Assembly: GCF_004010195.1 (NCBI RefSeq)
Contig: NC_057760.1
Span: 4,454,522 to 4,493,265, forward strand
Length of the DNA stretch: 38,744 nucleotides
Reading direction: 5' to 3'
Source: Chiloscyllium plagiosum
Taxonomy: Eukaryota
Part shown: in pieces, positions 1 through 11,480 of the stretch
Numbering within the stretch: position 1 is the stretch's first letter
How the letters are laid out: every line of letters starts with the position of its first letter
Notes under the pieces: model-generated
Told to the model about the DNA's origin: nothing
Databases searched by the model: none
What the model saw: the letters and a program-made list of their open reading frames with translations, nothing else
Made by a program: the position numbers and the translations under genes

Positions 1-126
1 TCACTAGCTTTCGGAGTGGCGCTCTGAAAGCTAGTGTGCTTCAAATTAAACCTATTGGACTATAACCTGGTGTTGTGTGATTTTTAACTTTGTACACCCC
101 AGTCCAACACCGGAATCTCCAAATCA
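1..126. mobile_element. Penelope-like element 3' end with short internal inversion (cut by window edge)
   Basis: cactagctttcggag...ctctgaaagctagtg hairpin followed by aaacctattggactataacctggtgttgtg; same family as 8760-8972. Confidence 0.6.
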
Positions 127-479
127 TGAGTACCTTCTAACTATGGTGCTGAAGAAACTGGTGTACTGGCATGGTGTGCTCATTTGGTTTGTCGATTGTT
201 TGTTGGAGGCCTATAAATTGGTTAAAGAGGACTGTATTGTAAAATATCAGGTTAAAGGGTTGAAGATTGGTTCACAAACTGAAAGCAGAGAATCTGAATG
301 GAAGGGGGTCATTTTTTAGATGGCAGTGGGGCACTCACTTATTCACTTTGACAGAAGAATCTGCAAGAACATCTCTTAAAAGTTAAAAAAAACATACATT
401 ATGCTGTGCAGAGAAATTCAGGGTCCTTTAACACAAATTTCAGAAAGTTCGAAAAACAACAAAGAATGAAACTGGTCTG

Positions 480-1075
480 GAGCCTTTTATTGCAGAGGGA
501 GTTGAAATATAAGACAAATGAAGCTGCTGCAAGGATTTGATGAAAGTGCAGCTGGGAGTTCAACCCTGGGGGTGTCTCCTTGGTCAAAGAAGGGGACGCT
601 AACCTTGAGTGGTTGCAGTGAAGGTTCACAACGTTGACTGCCTTGCGTGAGAGAGTGGTGTTATGATGGGAAGATGTTTGGAATAGGCCTAGACTCTATG
701 GAATTCAGAAGAGAGAGGTGACTTCATTGAAATGTGTCAAAATTCAACAGATAGACAGGGTCGATGGTGGGAGCCTGCTTCCCCTAGGCTGAAGACTGAG
801 GGTCCAACTCCCAATATCAGGAATTGGCAATTATGAGTGAGAGCAAGGGATTATGGACCTTATCACCCAGACAGCTCCACATGCTCACCTTGTTGAATAT
901 ATTCAAGAATGAAATAGATAGATCTTGGATACAAAGGCAAACAATGGAAATGGGAAATGTGGAGGCAGGAATGTGGAGTTCATGCGGAAGTTCAGTCATA
1001 GTCCAACTGAATAGCAAAACAGGCTTGAGGAGTTGAATGGTTTACTCCTGTGCTTATTTCAGGTGGTCATAAGTA
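480..1075 (+). mobile_element. Degraded CR1-clade LINE 3' portion
   Basis: Decayed ORF2 C-terminal motifs (gtgacttcattgaa, ttcaagaatgaaatagatagatcttgg) and a tail (ttgaatggtttactcctg) resembling younger CR1 copies in the window. Confidence 0.6.
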
Positions 1076-1349
1076 AACAGATTTGGAAGTTATTTAAAGA
1101 TGGCCATGGAAAAATATCCTTTCAAGTGAGTTTATTCTCACCAAGGTAAAAGGAGTAAAGTGGATGTTCCATTCTGGAAGACTTGAATACCCCTGGTGCC
1201 AAGACAATGGATTTGGAGGTGGAAGAAGAGGCAGGAAAATTTTAGAATGCCATCTCTGATTGGCTACTCAAGGTGCTAGGTGAGTCTCGGTCGAGTCGGC
1301 TGCCACTAGAATTGAAACCTTGCCCATGGATGGACAAAGCATCATAATG

Positions 1350-1445
1350 AGCTGAAAATGGGTTGCTGGAAAAGCGCAGCAGGTCAGGCAGCATCCAAGG
1401 AACAGGAGAATCGACATTTCGGGCATAAGCCCTTCTTCAGGAAAT
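1350..1445 (-). mobile_element. Penelope-like tail fragment with hammerhead-like motif
   Basis: Matches 38520-38616; minus strand reads CTGAAGAagggcttatgcccGAAAtgtc; flanked by direct repeat catcataatg (1340-1349, 1446-1455). Confidence 0.8.
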
Positions 1446-1652
1446 CATCATAATGCTAACCCTAGCCCTTTCGCAACAGCCTTTCTTTGACAATAGAAGC
1501 TTCCCAATTTGTGGGACATTGGCTTCAGAGGTTTCTACTTTTAGTGTTGCTCAGACAACCATTGGGATCTGCTTGTGATGCTGATATCAGGGTGGGGAGA
1601 AGCTCTATGTGGTCCAGTTGTTGCTATTGGTATTCGGGTGGCGATACTTCCC

Positions 1653-1734
1653 TGGATGCTGCCCGAGCTGCTGCGCTTTTCCAGCAACACATTTTCAGCT
1701 CTGACCTCCAGCATCTGCAGACCTCACTTTCTCC
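1653..1734 (+). mobile_element. Penelope-like tail fragment with 21-bp TSD
   Basis: ggatgctgcc...cttttccagcaacac...ctcactttctcc; TSD attcgggtgg(c/a)gatacttccc at 1632-1652 and 1735-1755. Confidence 0.8.
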
Positions 1735-2019
1735 ATTCGGGTGGAGATACTTCCCCTTTGCACTGAGGGTGCTTGTTTCTCTAGACTGTGTTTGGAGATA
1801 TCTGTCAGCAGCTCAATGTTAAGAGACCCCCATGTCACGTTGCTTCAGGAATACTCCCCTGGTGAGGCTCAATAGACATTTTGATTGGTTCTGACCACTT
1901 GGCATTCTTCGTTGGATGGACATCACAGAGATAGCTGGCTAATTGGCCAGAACTCATCCAGAGAGCCTTCACTGACCAAAGTGAATACTCAGGGTTTTAT
2001 CACATTACCAGGACAGTCC

Positions 2020-2200
2020 AACCCCTCCCAGGATAGGGACAGATCAGGGTGAGACACAGTGTAAAGCTCCCTCTATATTGTCCCCATCAATCACTCCCAG
2101 GATAGGGACAGCACTGGGTTAGATCCAGAGAAAAGCTCCCTCAACATTGTCCCCATCAATTACTCCCAGAATAGGGATAATCTAGCATGGGCTTAGATGC
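2020..2200 (+). repeat. 69-bp tandem repeat, about 2.5 units
   Basis: ctcccag recurs at 2025, 2094 and 2163; unit contains aaagctccctc..attgtccccatcaat. Confidence 0.8.
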
Positions 2201-2342
2201 AGAATTTGTACCTGGGGAGGTGTTGGCTCAGCCCTGAGATGTTTGGAGTGGGATTTTGTAGCTGACTGGGAATGCCTGCTGCTGACATTGTTTGCCCAAA
2301 ATGAGATATGCTTCAATCCCCGTCACTAATAACATTCACTCA

Positions 2343-2792
<450 letters not shown>

Positions 2793-2910
2793 TCAAGCAA
2801 CTTGAAAGAAGAGACAGAGCAACATCAATCAGACATGTGTAAGGATTCATTATTTCTGCATCTAATTCATGCTGTTTTTATTTCAGGAATGTTTAATGGC
2901 ATAATGAAGA

Positions 2911-3012
2911 GGTAGCTTTACTCTGTATCTGACCTTGTGCAGTCCCACACTTGGGAGTGTTTGATGGATACAATGTAGAGAGAACTTTACTCTGCATCCA
3001 ACCCATGGTGCA
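2911..3012 (-). repeat. Reverse-oriented copy of the 69-bp tandem repeat, about 1.5 units
   Basis: Reverse complement reads gcaccatgggttggatgcagagtaaagttctctctacattgtatccatcaaacactcccaag, homologous to 2020-2200. Confidence 0.75.
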
Positions 3013-4380
3013 GAGTGACAGAAACTGTAGAGAAAGAGAATGCTTAAGAAAGAAAATACGCAAATAGAGTGAGCACAAGAACGAGAGATAGAGAGAGAGA
3101 GCGCACATTGGAGAGAGACGATGAATGCTGGAATGAAATATTGTGAGCGACAATGTTTCCACAATCAGTGCCCTGAACTTAAGATCAATTTACTAATATT
3201 AACTAAGGTTTATAATGAGGAGTTTGAGGATAATTGGAAGTGTTTGTTTCTCTGTCCCTGTGGGAAGCAGGCATTTTTACACTGTCCAGTGTGGGGCACA
3301 TACCAAGGATGGTGCACTAATTGCCCACATCCCTCCTCTTTTTAGACAGGGCTAACTTTCCACTTGTTTAATTCTAGTTGTCAAAAGTGGACAATGGAAC
3401 ATGAAGACTTTCAGATCTCATTTTATCATGAACATGTATATTTTTGCTCAAACTGTTAGATATTTTAATCCCAGTGATAGAGAACTGGAAAGTTTGAAGT
3501 TATAGTCAGAGTTTCTGAGTGTGGTTTCTTAGGTTTATATGTGTTTGAGGGTTTGCTCACCTCAGACGCAGAAATAATGAAACCTCAAAAGATTTGACCA
3601 CGTGAAAAATCCAACATTAAACAAAATGTCTACAGATAGCTGTCAGCACCTAGGCTTGTTTGGTGAAATCAATCTCACTGAGAAATATTTGCAAAGGTCT
3701 CTGAGGTTTTGAGAGAATTATTCAGATCATATCTCTGCCTAATGCCAGTCACAACCTACAACTATCAGTATGCCATCAAATCTAAATTTACATAAATCAG
3801 GAACAATTATTTTAGGAGAAATTAAGTTTCCATACTGACATCAGAAAAGAACATAGAATTTATTCACACTCAGTCCAACATTGTTAATTGTAGCTGTTAT
3901 AACAATCTGATCATTTAACTACTCATCAAGGAAAATCTCCCAAATTATTACTTTAGAATTACAAATATCAATTACAGTGCTTGATTTCTGAATATGAAAT
4001 GATCAGGATCTGACGCAAGGTCATTTGAAGATAAATCTTGGTCTGGATGAGCTATGGAATTTTGTTTCTTTAGCTTCCATTGGTAGTCTCAGGAGTCAAT
4101 ACACTTACTGTCTCAGACACTGAAGAGCTACTCACGGGATCAAACATATCCAGGGTCCCAGATATCAGGTATTAAACCTTTTCACTCATTCACTGAGAAA
4201 CTTTGCACATATCAATCACAATCCTCATTAGAAAGCAGCAGATAGTTTATTTCATGCTTTATATTTGGTTAGAAATGGCCAATCTTTCAAAAGAATATTT
4301 AAATATTCTCAGTAATAAAATTAGAGGGATTTGGAAGCACAAGTTCCAAACATTAAAGACTGAATTTAAAAATCACTCAC

Positions 4381-4630
4381 ATGTTGGATTTCTTCTTTCC
4401 TCCACGTATCTACCCAATTCCTCTAATTTCTGTCCACTGTCACTCCAGCACAGCGACCAGAGCTGTGAGCTGCGGCCCAAGTAAGATTAAACTCCAGCAC
4501 ACGCCCCCATTAGGAAGATCAAAGCGAAGAGGAGGGACTTGGCTCGGAGGGTTAACCCATTCACTGCTGCGCTCTGAAGAGAAGCTGTATGTGCTTCACT
4601 AAACTGGAACAAATTCCTCTCGCATCAAAC
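4381..4630 (-). promoter_or_regulatory. Candidate promoter and first exon of the ERR gene
   Basis: Locally CpG-richer, repeat-free island with CACGCCC (Sp/KLF-type) box near 4498-4504; donor CAT|GTGAGT at 4381/4380; upstream boundary unknown. Confidence 0.55.
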
Positions 4631-4899
4631 TGCTTACTCGCATGAAGAATAATGGACAAAAAGTGCACAATATAACAATAAGAATGTATTATTTTATTAC
4701 ACAAGATCAGATGACAAGCCTTTTTTTTTACAGGGTGTTATCAAACTTAGAAAGACAAGGAATGAACACTGGGATATTGAAACTTCTATTACACTGGGGA
4801 CAGTAACCTCATGACAGAGACACATAAGACTATATCATCACAAGAGATAGAAACGGGTAGGATAAGGTCAAGGCAGGGGATTTACTAGCCTTTAATCTA

Positions 4900-5280
4900 A
4901 TTAATTTTACGAATTTCTTCTCTGTCATTGGCCTACTGGTCTTCCACGATTCGGGGATGTTTCTGCGTCTTCTATTATGAAGGCAGATAAAAAAGATGCT
5001 TGTTCAAAATCTTTGATATTTCCTTGTTTTCCAGTATTACCTTCCCAATCTCACCCTCAAATGGACCAAAACATACTTTAGCAACTCTTTTCTTTCTTAT
5101 ACATATTGATTTTATACTTCTCCAGTGTTTTCCCTGCTCTCCAATTTCTCATTTTTAGTCATGCTTTGCCTGTCTCGAAAATCTTCCCAATCTTTGGGCT
5201 CCCTACAAATCATTGAAGTTGTATATCTATCCACATAAGTTAGTACTATCTTTAAGACATTGAGTTAGCCAATGAATGGA
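4900..5280 (-). mobile_element. Degraded CR1-like ORF2 fragment
   Basis: Decayed similarity to the region just upstream of the CR1 reverse transcriptase. Confidence 0.4.
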
Positions 5281-5379
5281 CATCCTGCTGGTGGGACTAA
5301 TTCTTTGCGAATTGTTTTGATCACAGACTATGGGAGTAGTGGACAATCTGGTCCCAGATGGAAACCTGGACAGACAACA

Positions 5380-5612
5380 ATGTTTGTTATTCATTCCTGG
5401 AATACAGGAGCCTCTGTATAGACCAGCATTTATTGCCCATCCCTAATCATCGAGTGCAGTTGAGAATCCACCTCATTGCTATGGGTCTGGGGGCACATGT
5501 AGGCCTGGTCAGGTAAGAACAGATTTCCTTCCCTAAAGGACATTAGCAAACCAGATGGGTTTTTCCAACAATCGACAATGGTTTCATAATCATCACTAGA
5601 CCCTTAATTCCA
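5380..5612 (-). mobile_element. Shark SINE-like repeat, family unassigned
   Basis: cagcatttattgcccatccctaa...ttccttccctaaaggacattag..aaccagatggg; related pieces at about 21600-21830 and 38400-38485. Confidence 0.6.
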
Positions 5613-5832
5613 TAATCTTTATAGAATAACTGTGGGATAGTGTACCGACAATTAAAGAAGATGATGAGTGAAACTCTCAGAAGCCTATTGATCATAAAGT
5701 TATTCGTAAAATAAAGGAAACCATAAAACATGTGAGAGGGAGATTGAAAGATAGGAAGAAAAGATTGGTTACCTTAGGGCCAGCACCTTGCAGTGGTTCT
5801 GAACAGAGTTAATCTACTCTCACTAGCAATAT

Positions 5833-6020
5833 AGGAGAAAGTGAGGATTGCAGATGCTGGGGATCAGAGCTTAAAAATGTGTTGCTGGAAAAGCGCAGCA
5901 GGTCAGGCAGCATCAAAGGAGAAGGATAAGCCCTGGGCTTATGCCCGAAATGTCGATTCTCCTTCTCCTTTGATGCTGCCTGACCTGCTGCGCTTTTCCA
6001 GCAACACATTTTTAAGCTCT
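5833..6020. mobile_element. Self-inverted Penelope-derived mini element
   Basis: Perfect 61-bp inverted arms 5866-5926 and 5960-6020; TSD cac(t/g)agcaatat at 5821-5832 and 6021-6032; spacer holds a partial hammerhead. Confidence 0.9.
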
Positions 6021-6351
6021 CACGAGCAATATCTCAGGTTGGGACAGTAAAGAGGAACACAGATACCTGCCATTAAGAACTTGTCAGATAATGATATCAG
6101 AGTACTCAAAAGCGCATGCCTGATTGCATCTGTATCAATCTCCAAAATGATCTCACTGCAACACACCCTCTCCATAACTTGGAACCAATGCCAATCTAAT
6201 CCCTGTGTTTTGCTGTCTCCTCATTGTCATGTATCAGTCCCAAACTAATCCTAATGTCACATTCTTTCTCAAAGTTTTGTATATTTATCTCTTTCAAGTA
6301 CTTATCCAATTTAGCTTTTCCTTACAAGATATAGACTAAAGCTCCCTACAG

Positions 6352-6480
6352 GGCAAAAGTGAGGACTGCAGATGCTGGAGATCAGAAACATTCCTGATGA
6401 AGGGCTTTTGCCTGAAATGTCGATTTTCCTGCTCCTTAGATGCTGCCTGACCTGCTGTGCTTTTCCAGCACCACTCTAAT
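6352..6480. mobile_element. Penelope-derived mini element with inversion junction and degenerate hammerhead
   Basis: 16-bp TSD ctaaagctccctacag at 6336-6351 and 6481-6496; CTGATGAagggcttttgcctGAAAtgtc on the plus strand. Confidence 0.85.
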
Positions 6481-7279
6481 CTAAAGCTCCCTACAGACTG
6501 CACCTCCTAAAAATTCACAGGATCCTCATTAAAGGTACATGTGTGAGATGTTTGGTCCCTCAGCACAGTACATGTACAGTAAATGGAACTGGGTGTGAGT
6601 TCTGTTGCAGATAACAGTGTTTTAGTTCAGACTGCACCAATCTGATTTTGCTTGAGCATATTCCATGTTTGTCAATAACCTTCAGATAATTCCTGAGACT
6701 AATATAGGTACATATACATATATGTATGTATGTGTATGTATTCTGATGTGTTCTAACTGACAGCTGATCCAGCTCTCACTAACAGTCTCTCCTTCCTCCT
6801 TCACTCAGTTTTACTTTTCTATTTTGTTTGCTCACTCTCCTTTTTACTTTCCCTCTTCTTATATGTTCCCATTTCTATGCTTTGCTGTTGCCTGACTCTC
6901 TCTTGTATATATTTCAGCCTTTATATTGCTCTCTTATTTCTCATGTCCTATCTGTTCTGCAAATCAGCATATTTATTGAGTAAAAGCTGCTGTAAACTTG
7001 CATCCTTGCCTATCACTTTATGGTTCAGTTAACTTGGGTTGCTAAATCTAAAGCAAAAATACCCACAGGACTTTTCCTGCCTGTCTGTTTTCTATCTATT
7101 TGTCTGCTTATATCCATCTCCCTGTCTACTCATTTATTTGTCTACCTATGTCTGTCTCCCTCTCTGTCTGTCTATCTGTCTGCCTGCATAACCCTAACTG
7201 GTCTATATAATGTTGATCCAGTGATCTCGTTCTCCCAGCGAGACTCTCCAAGTATTTATTATCTCTAAGTGCCCACTAT

Positions 7280-7400
7280 ACTCTAACCTAACTCTAAACT
7301 CTAACCCTGATTTACCTTAACATTAATTCTAAACCTAATTCTAACCCTAACCCTGAACATAACTGAAACCGTAAACTTAAAACTCATCCTTACACAAACC
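7280..7400. repeat. Degenerate (CCCTAA)-like hexamer array
   Basis: ctctaacctaactctaaactctaaccctga...ttctaaccctaaccctgaa. Confidence 0.6.
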
Positions 7401-7419
7401 CATGACCTTAACTCATTTT

Positions 7420-8150
7420 TACAAAAATATGCTTTACTCAGATTTTTTTAAAAAGTGCATCACATAACTCTTCAACGTTGACTATTTATAAAATACAGTA
7501 CAGATAAGATTCTTTCAATTCCAGTACCTGAAATTCCTTAATGCACTTGCTATAACTAGTGATATTTACAAAGATCATTTATGTTTTGAGTTAAACATTC
7601 TCAGGTGCACACAGCTTGAGGGGTTTTACACAATTTCCAACTCTTTGGTGTACATGGTAAGGGCTTTGCACTGTGCCTTTTCCTCATTGTCCCTATTCAA
7701 GAGCTACCCCAGCTTTAGAATGTCCCTCAATATTAGAATGTGTCAGTCTGCCACATTCCATCGAGGACAACGTTTTGCACTGGAAGATCAACAAGTTTAG
7801 GTAGTCCAAAAGAGTCTTTAACCGAGTTGATTATCCTCTGTTCATCTTGGTGAATGGCACAGGGAACAGTCTGTAGAACACAAAGTCCTATCTTATAAAG
7901 TTGCTCAGGATAAACCTAAAAAAAAATTACTGCATCTCTCCCCAGTGCAGTGTTACAAAGGTACATCTCACATGGCAACAATGTCTTCCACACCACAAAC
8001 AGGTCAAGAACATTGCACAGGATGACTCTTGCTCTGGGTGTACAAGAATGATCCTTAATCCTGACACTAACCTCAGACTAAGCTTACTGTCAACAGCACT
8101 AACCTTAGCCCCATGTTGGGCATAATTCTGACACCAAAACAGGCAGCTAT
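7420..8150 (-). mobile_element. Old Tx1/L1-like 3' end
   Basis: Poly-T/ctttactca tail and decayed ORF2 end (tttgcactggaagatcaacaagttt...ccaaaagagtcttt) homologous to 13970-14550 and 35990-36385. Confidence 0.5.
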
Positions 8151-8277
8151 ATATTCTGATCCATGCTACTCTGTACGAGGTCATTATTGAAGTGTGATGT
8201 CAGTATTTGAGTGTGTCATCAATATTGCTGTGGTGATCCACATTAATGAGAGCAATCAATCAGTGGTCAACGTTGGT

Positions 8278-8731
8278 GTGTGTGGTCAGTATTAGAGTGT
8301 GTGGTCAGTATCAGTGTGTGTGGTCACTTTCAGTGTGTGTGGTCAGTATCAGAGTGTGTGGTCACTTTCAGTGTGTGTGGTCAGTATCAGAGTGTGTGTG
8401 GTCAGTATCAGTGTGTGTGGTCACTTCCAGTGTGTGTGGTCAGTATCAGAGTGTGTGGTCAGTATCAGTATGTGTGGTCACTTCCAGTGTGTGTGGTCAG
8501 TATCAGAGTGTGTGGTCAGTATCGAGTGTGTGGCAGTATCAGTATGTGTGGTCACTTCCAGTGTGTGTGGTCAGTATCAGAGTGTGTGGTCAGTATCAGT
8601 GTGTGTGGTCACTTCCAGTGTGTGTGGTCAGTATCAGAGTGTGTGGTCAGTATCAGTGTGTGTGGTCACTTTCAGTGTGTGTGGTCAGTATCAGAGGGTG
8701 TGGTCAGTATCAGAGGGTGTGGTCAGTATCA
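8278..8731. repeat. Minisatellite of 17-19 bp units (gtgtgtggtcagtatca / gtgtgtggtcactt(t/c)ca)
   Basis: Direct reading; explains the three overlapping Cys/Val-rich ORFs. Confidence 0.95.
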
Positions 8732-8759
8732 CTGAACATGGCCAATTTTGTTGTTTGTA

Positions 8760-8972
8760 TGATGTGGAGTGCTGGTGTTGGACTGAGGTGGACAAATTTG
8801 AAAATAACACAACACCAAGTTTTATTCCAACAGGTTTATTTGAAAGTACAAACTTCTGTAATGCTGCTGCTTTATCAGGTAGATAGTTACCTGACAAAGA
8901 AGCTGCACTCTAAAGACTTGTACTTCCAAATAAACCTGTTGGACTATAACCCAGTGTTGTGTTATTTTCATC
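8760..8972. mobile_element. Older self-inverted Penelope-like tail pair
   Basis: tgaaaataacacaacacc...ccaacaggtttatttgaaagtacaa mirrored by ttgtacttccaaataaacctgttgg...gtgttgtgttattttca; same family as 1-126. Confidence 0.75.
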
Positions 8973-9408
8973 ATTCTGGTAGTCAGTAATAGTGGGTGTT
9001 GACAGTATCACTGTGATCAGTTTCACTGCGTGTAGTCAATACTGGTGAGTGTGGACAGTAGCAGTGTGAATTGGCAGTTATCAGTGTGTGTGGTCAGTGT
9101 CAGAGGGTGTGGGCACTGTCAGCAGGAGTGGTCAGTACTGAATGGAAGCTCAATATCAGTGGGTTTGTTCAAATCTCCCAAGCAAAGGTCAAATTTCATA
9201 TCCTCATCCTAGCTTCTCAATAGTGATCCACTGATTGTTTAACATTTTCCCAGTGATACCCTTCTTTTGCATCTTCACTGAAATAAAAACACCCCCTCAG
9301 CCATCCCGCACACACACCTTTGCCCACCCATTACTCCACTCTGCACTCCCCAACATCCTCACCTACCTCCTCACATATACACACCCCCCACCCCCCAGCA
9401 ACACTTAC

Positions 9409-9516
9409 CTGGAAGGGGTGATGATGGTTTTGATGAAATGTGGGCAATGTTTGAGGGCATTGGGTCAGGTGGTTTGGAATGGGCATTTTCTCGGACTGCC
9501 CCACACTGACCACATC
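9409..9516 (-). other. Candidate 108-nt exon of unassigned gene
   Basis: tactgcag| acceptor and consensus donor CAG|GTAAGT; open in two frames; no recognisable domain. Confidence 0.35.
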
Positions 9517-9721
9517 CTGCAGTAAATAGCCTTTCATTGCACAGCAGCAGCAGCAGAACTCCATTCAATCGCCTTAATCAAATCCTTTACTAATCTGTTC
9601 TGTAAAACAATCACTGTCCTCTGTTACACAATATCCAATTACCATTCCATTTTCTCTAATCTATCCTGGCATTTCTCTTGCTGCTAGGATGTTGGATTAG
9701 TCTCCTCACTCCTGTTAGATT

Positions 9722-10470
9722 CCACAGGCCTGGAGCGGGTGAGGACTCTGGGTCTGAACTCAATGGAGGTTAGAAGAATGAGGGAGAATATGATTGAAAC
9801 CCACAGAATACTGAGAGGCCTGGATTGAGTGGATGTGGAGGAGATGCTTCCACTAGTAGGAGAAACTAGGATCCGAGGACGCAGGCTCAGAGTGAAGGGG
9901 TGACCCTTGAGAACTGAAATGAGAAGGAATTTCTTCAGCCAGAGGAACTCATAGCCTGTAGAGGCCAAAGCATTGAGTGTCTTTAAGACAGAGATACATA
10001 GGTTCTTGATTAGTAAGGGGATCAAGATTATGGGGAGAAGGCAGAAGATGGAGTTGAGAAATATATCAGCCATAATTAAATGGCAAAGCAGATGTGATGG
10101 GCTGAATGGCCTAAATATGATTAGAGTAGATTCTCTACAATATGGAAGCAGGCCATTTGGCCCAATAAATCCACACCGACCTTCTGAAGAGTAACCAGAC
10201 CCATTCCCTACCCTATATTTACCCCTGACTGATGTGCCTAACACTACAGGCAATTTCCCATGGCCAATCCACCTTAACCTGCACATCTTTGGATTGTGGG
10301 AAGAAATCGGAGCACCCAAGGAAACCCACACAGACCTGGGGAGAATGTGCAAACTCCACACAGACAGTTACGTGAAGTGAGAATCGAACCTGGATCCCTG
10401 GTGCTGTGAGGCAGGAGTGCTAACCACTGAGCCACCGTGCCTCCCCTCTCCTATATTTAATGGTCTTATG
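9722..10470 (+). mobile_element. CR1 LINE 3' end interrupted by an HE1 SINE
   Basis: gaactgaaatgagaaggaatttcttcagccagagg, tctttaagacagagatacatagg, tail tggtcttatg. Confidence 0.8.
10116..10441 (-). mobile_element. HE1-type tRNA-derived SINE
   Basis: Reverse complement ggcacggtggctcagtggttagcactcctgcctcacagcaccagggatccaggttcgattc (A and B boxes) with V-SINE-type core. Confidence 0.88.
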
Positions 10471-10589
10471 ATATAACACGACCTGTGCCAAAATGAGAGT
10501 GGGGAGTCCCTCTAATTTCCTGGTTGGGAAATAGTGTGTGCAGTCTCTTTATTTAGCCTCACATCTGAATCAGTCTCAGGAACATTATA

Positions 10590-11480
10590 ACAGAGTAGCA
10601 GACATAGTCCATTCAGCCCATTCAGTCTGCTCCATCATTCAATAAGATCATGGCTGATCATCTCAGTGTCACTTTCTCACACTCTCTTGTCTCTTGATGT
10701 CATTATTCTCCAGAAATCTATTGATTTGTCTTGATCCTGCTCAATGACTAATCCCCCACAGGTTCCAAAGATTCACCACCTTCTGAATGAAGAAATACAT
10801 CCTCATCTCAGTCTTAAATAGCCTAGCCCTTAACCTGAGATGATGTCTCCTAGCTTTAGACCCATCTACATCCATCCTATCATGCCCTGTAACATACAAA
10901 CACATGAAACAGGAGCAAGAAAAGGCCATTCAGCCTGTCAAGTCTGCTCTGCTGTTCATTAAGATCATGGCTGATCTGTCTTTGTTTCACATTCCACATT
11001 CACGTCTGCCCCCCTCTAACCCTCAATATACCTGCCTGACAGGAATCCATCCACCTCCATCTTAAAAATATTCAATGACCTGCCTCCACTGCCTTCTGAG
11101 GCAGAGAGTTCCAAAGTTACACAACTCTCTGAGAGAACAACATCCCCTCCTCTCTGTGCTGGAAGGATGACCTCTAATTTAAATCAGTTCCCCCCAAATT
11201 CTGGAATGATCCACAAGAGGGACCATCCTGTCCCCATTCACTTTGTCCAGCCCATTCAGGATCTGAAACACTTCAATCAAATCACCCCCTCACTCTCTAA
11301 ACCCCCAGTGGGAACAAGCCCAGTCGGTCCAACCTTTCCCCATCAAAGAACCCCCTCCTTACAGGGACCAATCTCATAAACCCTGAGCCACCTCCAATGG
11401 ATTTATACCCTTCCTTAAAAAGATCAAAACTGCGCACAGTATTTGAGATGTGGTTTTATCAAAGCCCAGTACAGAATGAG
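10590..11480 (-). mobile_element. Two CR1 LINE 3' fragments
   Basis: Repeated ccattcagcc...aagatcatggctgatc tails; minus-strand ORF ARLFKTEMRMYFFIQKVVNLWN. Confidence 0.75.

Noticed and set aside
3555..3650. Alternative coding first exon (GAG|GTGAGC donor)
   Set aside because: No ATG in the required phase before an in-frame stop; the donor alone is insufficient
5833..6020. DNA-transposon MITE or pre-miRNA interpretation
   Set aside because: Arms match Penelope tails attached to GIY-YIG remnants elsewhere in the window; the inversion is asymmetric and TSD lengths vary between copies
8246..8989. 247-aa Cys/Val-rich ORF and overlapping ORFs; CRISPR-like periodicity
   Set aside because: Translation of a minisatellite; no unique spacers; eukaryotic context
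9684..10361. 225-aa ORF
   Set aside because: Spans an HE1 SINE and an antisense CR1
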